Shown here: piece after piece, positions 12,467 through 26,922 of the stretch
Layout of the letters: every line of letters starts with the position of its first letter
How positions within the stretch are numbered: the first letter of the stretch is position 1
DNA from: Octopus vulgaris
Lineage: Eukaryota
DNA: 64,000 nt
Direction of reading: 5' to 3'
NCBI GenBank assembly: GCA_951406725.2
Contig: OX597816.1
Span: 36,394,001 to 36,458,000 of the forward strand
Position numbers and translations under genes: made by a program
The notes under the pieces: model-generated
What the model was told of the DNA's origin: nothing
Database searches by the model: none
What the model saw: only the letters and a program-made list of their open reading frames with translations

Positions 12467-14659
12467 GTTACGTTGTTTACGAAAAATTGCAATACTCTAA
12501 GATCGTACTTCAGTCCAGCAATACTCTGCAAGAAATACCGTCTGTACAATAACGCTGGTCTCCAATAGCGTCAGATTTATTTACAATTTGTGTAATTTTC
12601 ACATATACAACAGATCGACACTCATGGTCAATTAAAATCTTTTTGCAACCTGGATACCGTGGATCTTAACTTCTTTTAACTTTAATGTCCCTTATAACAA
12701 TACAGACGCAGCTGCTCTCTTCATATTCTGAGAAATATGCAACAAATAAAAAGCATAGATCCCTCACCTCTCAACTATCTTTTAGAAAAGATCAACATTT
12801 TTCACATGTTACTTGAGTGAGCCCAACTTAGTTTGGGTAACCAGTAATCATTTCAAAGTACATATTCCATGATAGCAGAAATTGACGCTTTCATAATCTT
12901 CTGTAATATCTCATAAGTTCCAACTTAATATTTAAAAACATAACAAAATATATCTAGATAGCGACGCTCTACTTCCTTAGTTTGTAATATTTTAAAGCTT
13001 AAGAATGCAGAAGTCTAGATGATATGAAAATAAAAAATATGATTTAAGATATAAATATGTTAAAAGGTACAGATATACAGGTGGAAGCGTCATTTGCCAG
13101 TGTTAATAATACTCCATAAAAGTAAACATCATAATTTTACGTTTGATGAAAAAAAAAGCCAATAATATCTTTTGGAGTCAGTCCCATAAATTTAATTATA
13201 TGGAATGACAAATTTAAAGAGAAAATCCTGTTTAGGTTTGTAATGTAGTGGTATATTAGTCTAAGAAATACAGTTACTTCAGCCGCGTAAGAAACGAATC
13301 ATGGCCCTGCTCTACATATTAATGTTAAAAAAAACTCTAATTTTGTTGTCCTTGATTTATATTTAATCCGCATCATATTTCGGAGGACGCTAAATATTAC
13401 ATAATAATTTCGGAAAGTTTCCTTTCTATCCCTCGCAATTATACTCGGGTGCAATTATTTTACCCGAATTATTGTCACGTCCCCAGAGCAGTACATACTT
13501 AAGTAAATACTACTAAGGTTTTTTTATCGTGATATCTGTTTACTTCTCACTAAATATATTTGTAAATACTGTCGTATCTTAAAATACAGGTCTCAAACTG
13601 TATCAATTCAATATTATTTTACTGATTCTACAGCCTACCCTAGGTATTAATTTCTTGTTTCATGATTGTGTTGCTTGCCGGACTTCTGATTCTTGATAAG
13701 ACTATTGTACAAGTAAGGTGATAAGTCTCATTCTGCTTTGAATCACATGTTTTCAACGGGTACCGTGGATATCTTAATGCGTGGCATATTGCCTCGATTA
13801 AGCAGTGGTTAGGCAATCCGATGGTACTGTCTGGCGAATTTAGTTGAGGAGTATCGTATAGGGGGAATATCAAAAGTTCACGTTAAAGTTCAAATGCGTT
13901 CGTGCTTCACACACACATACTATTTTACCGCTCAGTTAATTATAGTCTTATATCATGCGAGCTATAGTCTGTCTCTTCCAAGTAATCGACATACTTCCAA
14001 TGTATCCCTCTCATCTATTTGTCTGTGATTACTCGTATTCTTATGGTCTATATAGGAGCTACCGTTATAATACCTCGCAAGGTAATCTTCATACACTCTT
14101 CCAGAAAATTAAATTGTTCAACTTACTTCGTTATATCTGCCTCTCCACGTATTATATGCTAACTAATCGGTTTCTAATATGTGGCTTCAAAACCTATTTC
14201 TACCAAAAAAATATGAGCCTTTTCTGTATTTTGAATGATAACATTTGAATTGGTTGTATTCGGTAACTTTTATAATTAGAATAATTTTTATTTCCCGATT
14301 TCATTTATCATGTCAAGTTCCTCAACAACCCGCTTCTATTTTGTATTGTGATATCAATGCAATGTATATAAACCAGTTATATATGCGGGGGTACATAACA
14401 GGATGACATGCATAATAATGCTTTGGCATGAGCATTATTTAGATCGTAATTTAGATTGGTGCAATTTAACTCGAATTGCATAATACTGGAATAATTTCTG
14501 TTTGATGTTTATCTGTGTTAATTTCTATTGTTTTGGTTTGTATAGATTTACACCTACTTATTTTTATCGAAACTACAATTCTTGTGGTTTCAGGCCACAG
14601 GTAATGCAAAAAGAACCATCAACACGAGTAGGAGTAGAAGCATTCGAACTATGATAATC

Positions 14660-14915
14660 ACCGGCACCATTATTATCGTCATCGTCACCATCATCATCAT
14701 CACAACCACCACCACCATCATCGTTATCATCACACCATCACCAAGAGCAACAACACTTTATCATCATCAGCATCACTATTACCGTCCACGTTATCGTTCT
14801 TATCGTCATTGGAATCACCTTCCACATCACCAATATTATCATCATCACCGATGTCTTTATCATCATCAATTTCATCATTATCGACATCGTAATCAATATC
14901 ACCCCCTCACCATCA
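14660..14915. repeat. Degenerate (ATC/ACC)n low-complexity tract
   Basis: Read directly. Confidence 0.85.
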
Positions 14916-15599
14916 ACTTCTTTATTTCATATGTTGCCATAAGAAAGTTTACACTGCTTAGTCATATTTTATTTGTCAGTTTAAACCACGATTTGTAGTT
15001 TTTCGGGGGATTTATAGCGGTTCGACTTGACGGAAGCTTTAGAGCAAGTTTGAAAGGAGATTAGGAGGAGATAGAATTAATGGGAGTAGCGGAAAAGAAA
15101 AAAAATATGAGTGTATGCTTGAATAGATATTCTTAAATAATATTTTAACTCATAATCTCCATTCAAACTCGTATTATTTTAATTGTAGAACTGTCCATTC
15201 GATGAACACTATAAATTATACTTATGCTACATTAATCACAGTATCTTAGTAAGTTCTTGAATGTAACATAGCTTTTTATAAGGAAATTTCAGAATCGCAA
15301 GCGAACCATGTGTTCCACATTATGTATAAATATTGACTTGCAACATATTGTCTTGCTTGACTTCGTATAAATCTTTCCTTACAAAGAATCTATCAAAAGT
15401 ACAAATTCAGACATATACGATGTTGAATGCCGAAGATCTATTCCAAGGGAGCCATAGTTACACCTACATATGTGTGTGTGTCTGTGTATGTGTGCGTGTG
15501 AGTGTGAGTATGTGATGTGTGTTTGTATGTGTTGTAGGTACACTTTGTGTATGTATCTATGCATGTTAATATACGACAAATCACATGCTCACACACTCA

Positions 15600-15958
15600 C
15601 ATCACGGCACTTCTTCGATTGCAACAACGAGGGTTCCAGTTGATCCGATCAACGGAACAGCCTGCTCTTGAAATTAAGGTGCAAGTGGCTGAGCACCCCA
15701 CAGACACGTGCCCCCTTAATATAACTCTCGTGGAGATTTAACGTGACACAGGTACAACAGCGTGACACAGGTACAATAGGAACAAGAAGAAAGAGTGAGA
15801 GAAAGTTGTGGTGAAAGTACAAGGTTCGCCGTGGCCCCAAACCAGTGGCACGTGGAGTTTTCGCTCAATAAATACACACAACGCCCGGTCTGGGATTCGA
15901 AACCGTAATTATACGACCGTGAGTCCACTGCCCTATCCACTGGGCCATTGCGTTTCCA
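15600..15958 (-). mobile_element. SINE family C-type copy (long form)
   Basis: ttcgctcaataaatacacacaacgcccggtctgggattcgaaacc is shared with 8950-9000; tRNA-like head on the minus strand. Confidence 0.8.
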
Positions 15959-16056
15959 CATACACACACACACACACACACGCACACACACACGTAATAT
16001 ATGTATGTATAAATGAGTGTGCGCGTTTAAATTATTTGTGATGTAAAGCAGAATGT

Positions 16057-17630
16057 CACCGAGTTTCTAAATTATATGAGGCTCAAACAACACCGTAGAA
16101 TGTCATTAAGGAACAATAACTCTTTTTTTTTCTATTGATGGCAAATTATGAAGAATAACGGAATTTGGAAAGGAGAGTCGTAAAGAAAACCCAAGCGTGA
16201 ATTTATTTTGACAGCAATAATTAATCAGAGTTAAACGAATTTTTATAAACTTACTAATGATCCAGTTGTGTGTGTCTGCATTTCAAATTAAGAACGTAAC
16301 ATTCATTTTTATCTTGTTTAAAAACTACTCGTTATAATTTAGCAAAATGATGACAAGCTATAAGCGTGTGGTGTGTATAACACGGAGATGTTTCGCAGGT
16401 GTAAACAAACCGCGGCCATTTACAAGATTTCCACGCACTTTCAGTGTTCTAAATTATTAATTTGTGATCTGATAATCGTGTAATTATGGGTTGTAAATGT
16501 AACGTAACTGCTTCGGAGAAATCTCATTACTTCTGAACTTGCAAAAGGTAAATCAACGTTATAAATATCTAAAATAATTGGAAGATATCACCAAACTGAG
16601 AAGGAAATTCTTACAGCTCATACGAAGATATGTAAGAGAGCCGAATCGAGCCAGCCGAGGGTTGTATTTCAATACTCTCTATCATGAATTAAGCGTGAAG
16701 CTGTAAAGTAGTCATGTCATACAAGTGGAGAACGTTCCAAGCGCATTGGCGAAACAACTATGTCCAGAACTACTAGATGTCGTCTTCTGAAATAGGTGAG
16801 TTAAAAGACCTCCTTGAAGCAAAATACATGTACGAAATCAGGGAATCAGTTGCAAAACCTCCTTTAAACAAAATACACGTGCGAAATCGTCTGAAATGAG
16901 CAGAAAATAACATGAAGTTCGACTTTTCAAAGTTCCGTTTGGGGATGAAACTCGTGCTACTTTTGATGGACCTGATGACTGGAGTAAGGGATAGGTTGTA
17001 AATGGACGAGATCGCCATCAACGTTGGAGACGCCAACAAGGGTGTGGAGACGTCATGATTTGGACAGGTATTATTGGAGGTATTATAGATGGTCGTTGGA
17101 AAGTGCCGGACGGTGTTAAAATGACTGCAGATACTTGCATAGCCTTTCTGAGAGAGCACCTTGAACCTTGGTTAAAAAAGCAAAGGATCATCTTCAAGAC
17201 AATTATAGTATTCATGCGAAATAATGCGAGAGCGCATTATTTCGCATGAATATTATAATATTCAGCGAAGAAAACCATAGAGTATCTGCAACAATTAAAA
17301 TGCTATGGCCCAATGGAAAACTTGTGGATTATTCTAAAGCGACAAGATTTACGTGAATGGACGCCAGTTTAAGAGCAAGTATGATGTACCTCGTGGTAAA
17401 TTAGCATGTTCCATGGACCAGTGCCTTTTCCAACTTATTTCAAACAAAGTCTCATACATCGCTTACTAACCTGCTCAATTGTCACTTCTGAACACTCTTG
17501 ATTCGTTTATTTTTATTTCTTCCATGTTTACGACTATGTGTTCATTTCAGTATGTACATCAAACAATTAAATAGGTATTTTCCTGTTTAAATGAGTTTCA
17601 ATGGCATCTACCTAATAATTTGAAACGGAA
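16057..17630 (+). mobile_element. Decayed Tc1-like DNA transposon
   Basis: MGCKCNVT..SELAKGKSTL (HTH), GDETRATFDGPDDW, RRQQGCGDVMIWTGII, VFMRNNA, PMENLWIILKR; weak TIR match between 16058-16082 and 17611-17628. Confidence 0.88.
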
Positions 17631-17890
17631 AGTTTATGTAAATTTGGTAAATGGCAGTAGATCCTCTATTGTTTTACAGAACCTCAAGTTTTTTAACTAC
17701 CACGCACATGTGATTGTTGCCATTATTCTGTGAAAATTTCGTTGAAGTCTAGCGAGTAATATTTAAATAAAGTTTGAAAAATATTAGGTCGTTAATAATT
17801 TGAAACGCGGTGTATACTCAATTCCATATGATTTGTTGATTTTGGTACTGTCTCTCTTCTGTATTGTTATGAAAACCACAATACGTATGT

Positions 17891-17952
<62 letters not shown>

Positions 17953-18139
17953 AAGATCAGTTACCTCACATATAAACCGCCAAATTAGAAAGAATATAAA
18001 TTCGAACGAAATACCTGAACGAAATGGTTATAGGATAGATATATTAACATAGCGCTACACATTTGCCAGCTGAGATGTAATAATATATGTACTAATACAG
18101 CAAGGTATGGAATAAATTATTTAATATACTGGATATATT

Positions 18140-18760
18140 TAGCCACGTGCGTTTCCTATAAAATTCATTTACTGTGCTACTTTGTGTTTTTAACATGTCA
18201 ACGCAGTTCAGCAAGGAGCCGAGTTTCGTACGAATGGCATTTCACGTACCATCCAATTAGTGGATTTAGATATTATTGTTGTTCAGTTGCAAGATCTGTG
18301 GAAAGAGTGGAGTAGGTAAAGTTGCACAGCTGGATATTTAACTAGGAAATGTAATTTAGCTATTTTTTTTAGTGACAGTAAAAAAGGTTTCTGCACTACA
18401 TCTGAGAATAGATTTATATTTTTGTATTTGTTGTTTTGCGCGTGATTTAAAACATAGCAACAGTTCTCGGTTTATCGGCGTTGCATTTTTTGTGAGCAAG
18501 TTTTTCTTACAGGTTAGCAAGTTAGCAACCTAGTAGTGCTCAGGGTGTCTGAAAGGGAGTCTTTGAAAGGTTTAGATTTTGGGGTGTTTCAGTGTTGTTG
18601 TCATTGATTCAGTGTACAATTGAAAGCTCAATACGGATGTTATGAATTGGTATAAATATAAAGGCTTCAATAGACGTCGTTTAAAAGGTGTGTGTGAAGA
18701 ATTGAGTTTGAAGGCGTCTCTATTTGCTTAAGGCATTGATTGCTTTTGAGTGAAGAAGAG
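18140..18760 (-). mobile_element. Possible decayed Penelope-like ORF fragment (start of RT)
   Basis: Minus frames give TIISKSTN and HVKNT..TVNEF, similar to the RPIIS / HVKNT region of Penelope RT; heavily degraded. Confidence 0.35.
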
Positions 18761-19429
18761 ACACGTTTATATAAACTGTAAATTGTTTCTACATACAGAT
18801 TATATTAGACGAATAGAAGTTTGAATCATCTGTGTAGGATTATGTGTATTTATATAAGAGAATAAGAGAATATATTCGTATTGCAAAATAATTCTTAGAA
18901 TAAAAACAGATGTTGCAATTTGAAAGCGACAAATTTAACCAACACTTGCCTTAGAATATATAGTATGTGGGTGGCTAAGAGTCCGAATTACAACTGCTAG
19001 CATACAATTGCCCATACAGAATTATTCTGAAATGCAACACATGAAAGCCGAAGGAATATCTTAGGCATGATTTTAATCAGTTTGTTCTCATCCCACATAC
19101 ACTGTTCCCACTCTCATTCCATTATGAATATGAAAGGTTTTATCAATTATATGAATCAAATTTTGCCTGGTATCGGACAAAAATAATTTACTATATCCCG
19201 CAATGATTTCGTTTGCTTTCATATTTAATACGTTTGACGCTTCAGCGTGATAAAATCGAAGCATGATATTACCGTGTTTTGAGTTTAAACCGTGTGAACC
19301 AAGATTAATATAATTCAAAGAAATTCATGTTAATATGCTTCTACTAACTGTCGCCACACAGAATCTAACAGTGACTAATACAAGACACTGACAAAAATAA
19401 AACATCTGTGTTACTGTTCAGTATATGAA

Positions 19430-19890
19430 CAGGTTTTCTCTACCGGTCATCTGAGTATCTGTCACCAGTCTCAAGTGTTTCACTGTGTCAATCGATTTCA
19501 TTTAGACAAGGATAGAAAAAAAGTGTTCTCTTCGATAGATTTCTCTTTGATCTGGCGGGGATGCACCACACTATACACACTTTTCCTTTTCTCTCTCAAT
19601 TTGTATTGAATTACAGGTACAACTACTGAGATTAACGCATGTGATTTATCGTGTAACACCCTTGCGAGTATCTTCCGGGGAGTACAACGTAAAGGACGAT
19701 TTCTCTCGATATATTTTGCATTCTTCCTTATCCATCTTCTTGAATACGGTGTTAGTCTTACACCACCAAACCTTTCGGACATCGTCTCCTACAAGCCGTC
19801 AAACCTCTAAGAATGTCATCCTAATTTTTAGCACTTCTGTTGGAATCCTACGTATTCTTTCCACATTTTTGTTACCTTCCAGCTACTAAT
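19430..19890 (-). mobile_element. RTE-clade LINE RT fragment
   Basis: GIPTEVLK, VFKKMDKEECKIYR, KILARVL, VVPVIQ, RQIKEKSIEEN, IDTV. Confidence 0.8.
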
Positions 19891-20024
19891 TCATCCTTTA
19901 CACTATTTCTGAGGGTACATGTAAGAGGATAAATTTGGCTCCAGGCCGCACCTAAGATATATCACTAATATTCCCAGTAGAAAAATATATTGCCTTCCAG
20001 AATACACACACGCACACACACACA

Positions 20025-20075
<51 letters not shown>

Positions 20076-20780
20076 GTACGACTCTATTTGTCTTTGTATT
20101 ATTTCGTTCTTTCCTTCTTTCTATCAGCCCTTTCACACTTCGTCCATTCTCCTCTTCGTTCTCCCTCTCTCACATTTCCTGGCCGTCTCTTCATGCTCAC
20201 TTTCCCTGCTCTTTCACTTCACTGTGTCTTTCATTTTCTTTCTCGCCCCTCCTTAGTTCTTCCGTCCCTCTACCTCTACCTCTCTCTCTTTTCTCCCCAC
20301 TTGACAGGTGTTCGGCCAGGCCTGACATTTCATTCTTGGTTCGACTACCATCCGTGCAACATCTATATTCCTCCCTGTGTCAGTTAAACCTCATGGACCT
20401 GCCGTAAGGCTTTACTTCTACACACGCCAGCTTAATTTAATTCGTCCTTAGTCGAAAAACAGCTGTTGTTAATTGCATTTGTATTTGTGTAACATTTCTC
20501 TCTAATTTTCCCTCCTTGGTTTCCTATACATTCGTTGCTTTCTTTCAAGGAATCTAATGTTCTTAGCTTATTTTTCCCTTGCGGTTGGCCATATTGGAGT
20601 AATCTCGAGTATAACCAACCGAAATTACAAAAGTAATCTGGAAACTGAAGATAGAAAACTCCGAATGACCTGCCCTTGTTTTCCTTGTATCGTCTGTCTG
20701 GATGTTTTGTTATCCTTTTTTTGTATCACATAAATATCTGGATGTTTTTTGTTCTTCATATGTATATATATATATATATC

Positions 20781-22523
20781 ATAGGTCTGCGGTCGATGGA
20801 AGGAAGGGAAGCAATGCTTACCTTAAAACTTATAGAAACAAAATTGAAACTATATATTTTCCTTAAGATCGTTCTTCTAATGATCTGTGAAATTAATATA
20901 AACTATATGGTATCATAGTCTTCAAACTTTATTTATCAGAATAAGCACGAGACGACAAGCAGTGGCAGACCTCACAAAAAAATCTATGCAAGGGAAGCAA
21001 CATGAGCTGTTGCATCCTTTGCGTTATAATATATTAACATTTTTTCCGGTAAAGATGCCACAAAGTCAGTTTTTTCTTAATAGCTGAAAACAAATAGCTT
21101 TAGATGACAAAAAATACTATACGCTTAGATTAAGTTTCTGTTAATTCGCAATGCCTATGCTGTCTATGATCATACGTTGTTTTGTAACACATAGTAGAAG
21201 GGAAGCAAGGTTGCATTCTGCTTCCATCAGAAAAACGGTGAAAAGTTAACGCGCCTGGTTTTCTGCGTTTATTCAACTAATATTTTATACTTTTTGAAAT
21301 TATAGAACTCCCCTTTTCGTTCATTGTATGGGTCATAGATTAAATCTAGTTCTGCCTCAAATATTCAAGAATGCGATAAGTTTGTTTATTTTTTTTTTTA
21401 AGATGAAGTCTTCGTTATTTCTGTGTAGTTTGACTAAACTCGTGCATCTATTAGATACTGAAGTTAAGAAAGCATTTTCCAAAAGTAGCGCCAAATCGCT
21501 GGAGCTTGATTCATTCGTTGGTAGAAATTGTTCGTGAATATCATTAGCATCTAGATGATTTATTCCCAAACATCACTGATAATTCAAGTAAGTGGGACAC
21601 GGAAAGTTATACCTATGCACGGGCGTTGTATTCAAATTTACAAAATTGTGAATTCAGTTTTTTGTTAAATTTGTTTGGAGATATTTTTATTTACACAAAT
21701 GCGGCATTTCACATCCCCAGAAAACAAAAAAAAAATTTGACATATCCTTCTGTCTTTGTAAAGTAAATGAAAGTGTGAATGTTTTCAAAGAAAAAAAAAA
21801 CATGTATTTTCTAAAGTTTGGGCTAACTTTGATGGCATTTATCCTCAAATAAAGAAAAGAGAGAAGGCGTTTGAAACAGAAGAAGAAAGATACAGACAGA
21901 TGTTCTCCAAAATTATACATTTAATTTACGAGCAAATTGAGATACGATTTCAAAGTTTAAATGAATTCCATATTTTAGCGCTTCTCGATCCAATGAGACA
22001 CAATAACGACGTCCAAGAAACATCTCCAGCTTGCCTTAAATATTCTTATTGGAGACAATTTTGACAGCAAAAAGTTTAGTAAACTTCCTGCCTTGTACAT
22101 AGATGCTGAACGAAAACGAAAATCCGTTCAAGATTTACTTTACATTCTGCATAATAGTGGATTAGATTACGCTTTGCCTCAGTTAAAGAAGCTTTCTAAA
22201 TAAATATTAATACTATCAGCGACAAGTGCTACCGTGGAACGCACCTTTTGATACCTAAGGTATGCAAGAAATTCCGAGAGACAAGAAAGTTTGAGCAGTT
22301 TAGCTCTCACTGGCAAAGAAAAAGCCGTTTTAAAAAGCATTAAGAACGATACATTCTATAATTATATCATCAACAATTTCGACAAGAAAGAGAGAAGGAT
22401 TAAATTAACATTTAAATAGAATAGGTAAGTTTTAATTGTGATTTTTTAATTTAAAAAATAGCTGTATAGTGACAGAAAATTTTGGTCATTGCTTCTTCAG
22501 CCAGAAAGATCACCACACGCCCT
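20781..22523 (+). mobile_element. hAT (Tip100/ZMYM1-like) transposon, internally deleted
   Basis: FVHCMGHRLNLVL, APNRW, FSFLLNLFGDIF, ILSATSATVERTF..LSSLAL..ERRIKLTFK* (dimerisation domain); ends share inverted gaagcaatg / cattgcttc. Confidence 0.85.
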
Positions 22524-24290
22524 TCTATATACGACGGGCTTCTTTCAGTTTCACAAGGCTACGGTATTGCTAGAAATAAGAGTTAAAACAACTGAAATCT
22601 ACAAAGCACTATCTTAATGAGCTAACAATGGAGACAACCCCCCCACCTCCAGGGTCGCAGATAGAGCTTGATCACATTCTAGATGATTTCGCATTCTGAT
22701 GCTTAACACATATGAATTCCCACCAGTAGCTCTAATCGCACCTAGGATTAAACTCATCTCGCCTAGTCAGCATATAAGATCTCCATTGAAATCATATACT
22801 GATTTCATGACCGGTAAAGTGAGAATTATAAATAATATTGGTCGATAATTCGCAATTTTACATTTTAAGGGCAGTAATATATACGTCTGTAAAGTGAACA
22901 AGGGCTCTAATCAGCACCAGTATTGTTAGAAATAAGCGTCAAAATTACTCATTAGTCAAAAAATGCACTTAAGGAGCTGACAATTGACACAAACAGCCAA
23001 CATATAAATATGACGAATTGTGTGCATTTTGACATGTATTACGTGTATGTGTTAGAATTTTAGCATATGAAATTATATTGATAATATTGATTCAGTTTGT
23101 TTTCTTTTTCTGCCGATCACAGCAGAGTCATTTTGTGAGGACGTATCGTGGATCAGTTACCAAATGTGTAATGCATCTTATATTTGTGTGCATACAGAAA
23201 TATTCCATATTGTTGCAAATTTATTTGTTATATCTTTATTCAATTTCTTTTATATACAAGAGGAAATATTTTTCCTTCATTAAGAATCCACTCGTAGCAA
23301 TATATTTCTGGTAAGTCTTGGACAAAAAGAAGTATAGATTATAAGAAAATTTATGTTATAGGGTTAAAATTGTTTGAGAAATTCAGAACAATAAAGAATA
23401 AATGGATTCCTTGTTTTCTCTCTTCATACACTTCTGCTTATATTCTTTTATTCCAGCTTGTATTTTAATGTTTTTCAAAATCAAATTTATTTCTTGTATA
23501 TTGTTTGTTTTGTTTTGCGTCATTCGCACCTATCTTGATATTCACACTTTCGTTACCAGTCACACATCTATGCAGAACTCCATTTGGTTCTATAGGAAAC
23601 AAACATAACAAACGCCTAGAAACCGTTTCACACAACCATATGTAGATTAAATATGTTTTCATACTCATCAAAACAACACACACTCACGCCAACACGAATG
23701 CACATGGACGCATCCACACACACACACACATACACACACACACACACGCACATACATACACAAATACACTCAAACAAACACACACATATATCTAGAAAAG
23801 TTTTTGTCTCCTTCAAAAATACTGACGTGTTGTATTGTGATCATTCCTTCTAGTTCATTTACGTGAGAAATTTATAGACACGAGCGTATTGCTAGCTCTA
23901 TAAAATTTACAATATCAAACATAAACCCACGTATTCACACTTCCACCATGCACACACTTACACAGACACGCACACGCACACACATAACACAACCATGTAT
24001 GATGTATGTGTATGTGCATACCTGAACGTATTTGTGTAGATACGTATGTATATGGTTACGCACGAAGACATCCTATCCTGTCTGTATGTGATGCAGGCAG
24101 AATGTAAAGAATTAGACATACAAAGTGCTAACATATGCTTCAATGACGTATTTATTAATTTCCTAATTTCATTAACTATAATATCTATATAGAAAATTTT
24201 ACTTCCTGTATGTATACTACATCAAAGATTATTTATAAATATATTCCATTTTTTAATCAATTTTTATGTAAATATGTTGTAGGGAACCGT

Positions 24291-24548
24291 TATATTTTAT
24301 ATTTTGTTACGTCTCTAATGGCCTTGTGCCTAGTACGCGCATGACCGCGTGTGTACCGTTGGCGATTTTTTTTCCTCCGTCTTCCCTTCTCTGGATCTTT
24401 CCTTTTCCTATGTTTCTGACGAAGAGCTCCGCTCAAAACGTAAAACCCTCCTTCTTCCCTTCCTTCCTGAGCGTCCAATAATACTATATTTGTTCCACGT
24501 CCTCGCGTTGTTGTGTTTTCTCTTGGTGTTTTCATGTTTGGATTAACT
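24291..24548 (+). mobile_element. Short non-coding hammerhead-bearing element (Penelope pLTR / retrozyme-like)
   Basis: Highly similar to 40182-40323 (inverted); ends in (TA)n. Confidence 0.75.
24412..24446 (+). ncRNA. Minimal type-I hammerhead motif (G12->A variant)
   Basis: GUUU CUGACGA A GAGC-ucc-GCUC AAAA CG UA AAAC. Confidence 0.65.
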
Positions 24549-24791
24549 ATATATATATATGTTTTTATAACCTACTGTATGATGAGTATCCAACGGACGG
24601 TATGTGGGTGTTGATAACTTTCTAATGCGCATTGCTAGCAATTCTGTCATGCATTGCAACTGATGTATAGAATATGATACTCTATGATTAACAACGTGAA
24701 AGACTCCGTATGGAAATATTTCTCAAAATTGTCTGAAAAAAATACAAATGCCAGACAATTTCAGGTAAAAATTAAAACAATATATTCTTAC

Positions 24792-24884
24792 ACGAACTGT
24801 TTCCATCTGTTCGTCGATCACTTCGTCAATTTGTGTAGTAGGTGATGATGAGAAACCGGATGCCCAATTAAATCTGCCACCCAT
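24792..24884 (-). CDS. Candidate first coding exon of an unidentified gene (MGGRFNWASGFSSSPTTQIDEVIDEQMETVR)
   Basis: Unique sequence; TTTCTTTCAG acceptor ending at 25076, in-frame TAA six codons before the ATG, 31 codons, phase-0 GTAAGA donor at 24791. Confidence 0.35.
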
Positions 24885-26221
24885 GTATACCGAAGGGGAA
24901 GTTTAAATTAGTAGAAGGCCAATCGAGGACACGAGGTATTTCGTCCGTCCTTATCGAAGTTCCGATAATTTTCCGCCTTCTATTGTTAATTTGTAGAAAA
25001 TCCCTGCCGTCCGAAGAATGAAACACAGAATTTACCTTTGCTGCATTTGAATTCACCGCATTGCTAGTCCCAACACTGAAAGAAATTCTCATGGCGATAT
25101 TTAACAAAATGATGACGGACAAGCGAAATATATTTTTAAAAAATCATTTTATTCATTTAATCCATATATACAACGTAAAAAACCATATAGTCTGCGACTA
25201 TTTTTGGTCAGTCTTTTTCTCACACACTGACGAAAATAATGCTCATAAATATATTACTTCCAAACATTCTTATAAAATCTATAATGAAAGCAAAAAGAGA
25301 AAAATGGAAAAAAAAAACAGCAAGAAGAGGGAGAAGAGTAATAAAAATAGCGGCAAATTTCCTAAAACATTCAGTCCATAAACGGTTAACTCTGCTGTAA
25401 AAGAATTTCGATTTGCTAAATGTTCTTGCTTCTACTACTTGAAGCTTCTTAGTTTTTGAAGTGTGTAAACTATTTTCCAAAAAACTTCTTCTACCAAAAC
25501 AATCAATTCTGTTGTTTGTAAGGTGAATATATTATTTTCCTCATAAATATTGATGCATATGCAACCATTATAGCCTGGGGCGGTTAATCGGAAATATGAA
25601 CTGGAATGATGTAACTTGTAGTATTTTATAAAGGGAGGTAACACAGGACGTTTTAGTTCTCTTGTATTGTAGGTAGCGGGAGGAGGCCAATTGTACTTTG
25701 GAACTTGAAATACTGGGAGGCAAGTGAATAAGTACAAATCACATGTCATGGAATCTGTAAATATATTCGGAGATAGACATGTGCTCTTATTTGTGGGTGC
25801 CATCGACGCTAAGTCGACGGCGCATTCTCATTCCCGTCCTATGCGCTTCCTACTCCCCCTCACCTACCATCATTTCTCCCTTCCTTTCTAACCTTGGTGG
25901 TGGTGGTGGTGGTGGGGGTGGGGGTGAGTGGTGGTAGTGGTGGTGGCTTATGGCGATGGGGGGGTGTATTCATAATGAACTATATTTATAATGTTATTCT
26001 TCTACCTGTTCATTCCCACTTTACGCATTAGTTTACTAGAGGAAGGGGAGGGGAGGGGATAGAGAGGAAGAGGGAATGTGAGAATGTGTGGGGGGGAAGA
26101 TAGCCAGCCGGTACACTATACTGTCACTCATGTGGTTATTGGAAATGAGAGATTAAGAAAAACAGAGAAAATTTAAAGATATGAAGAAGGGAATTACATG
26201 GTTAAAAAGTTTGTGGAAGTA

Positions 26222-26327
<106 letters not shown>

Positions 26328-26499
26328 ATATCAAGTGCTTAGCACAGTGAAATTTCAAGAAAATATATTATTGTGACTGGAAGTGAAATAACTTAGCAAA
26401 ATATAAATAAAAATCGAACTTATCCTTTCTTTTTGACATAGCTTCTCTTAACCTTTTCCGTTTTTCGGTATTCCTACGGGTCCCAGTAGTTGACTGTAT

Positions 26500-26922
26500 G
26501 GTAAAGTCTTTCTTCTCAGCTACATGGTTCCAGATTCAATCCCACTACGTCGAACCTTGAGCAAGTATCTTCTCGTATAGCCTCAGTACGACCAAAGACT
26601 TGTGAGTGGATTTCGTAGACGGAGACTGAAAAAAGCCTATCGTATAGTTGTGCGTGTGCTTTTTTTTTTCTGTGCATGTGTGAGTGTGTATATCTGTGTC
26701 TGTGTCTTTACCTGCATGTTTATCCCCGCTATCCCCGCTTGACAACCGGAGCTGGTCTGTTACATCCCCGTAAATTAACGGTTCGGCGAAACAGACCGAT
26801 ACAATAAGTACTAGGCTTAAGAAATAAGTCCTGAGGACGATTCGTTCTACTAAAACCCTTCAAGGCGGTGCTCCTGCATGGCCTCAGTCAAATGACTGAA
26901 ACAAGTGAAAGAATAAAAGAAT
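26500..26922 (+). mobile_element. SINE family A, diverged near-full copy
   Basis: Colinear with 34901-35309. Confidence 0.88.

Noticed and set aside
12560-13500. Possible hAT or pogo remnants
   Set aside because: Too degraded to support with motifs.
13640-13873. 77-aa complex-looking ORF
   Set aside because: No recognisable domain or convincing splice sites.
25435-25803. 122-aa ORF MAPTNK...
   Set aside because: No recognisable homology; more likely UTR or intron near the candidate exon.
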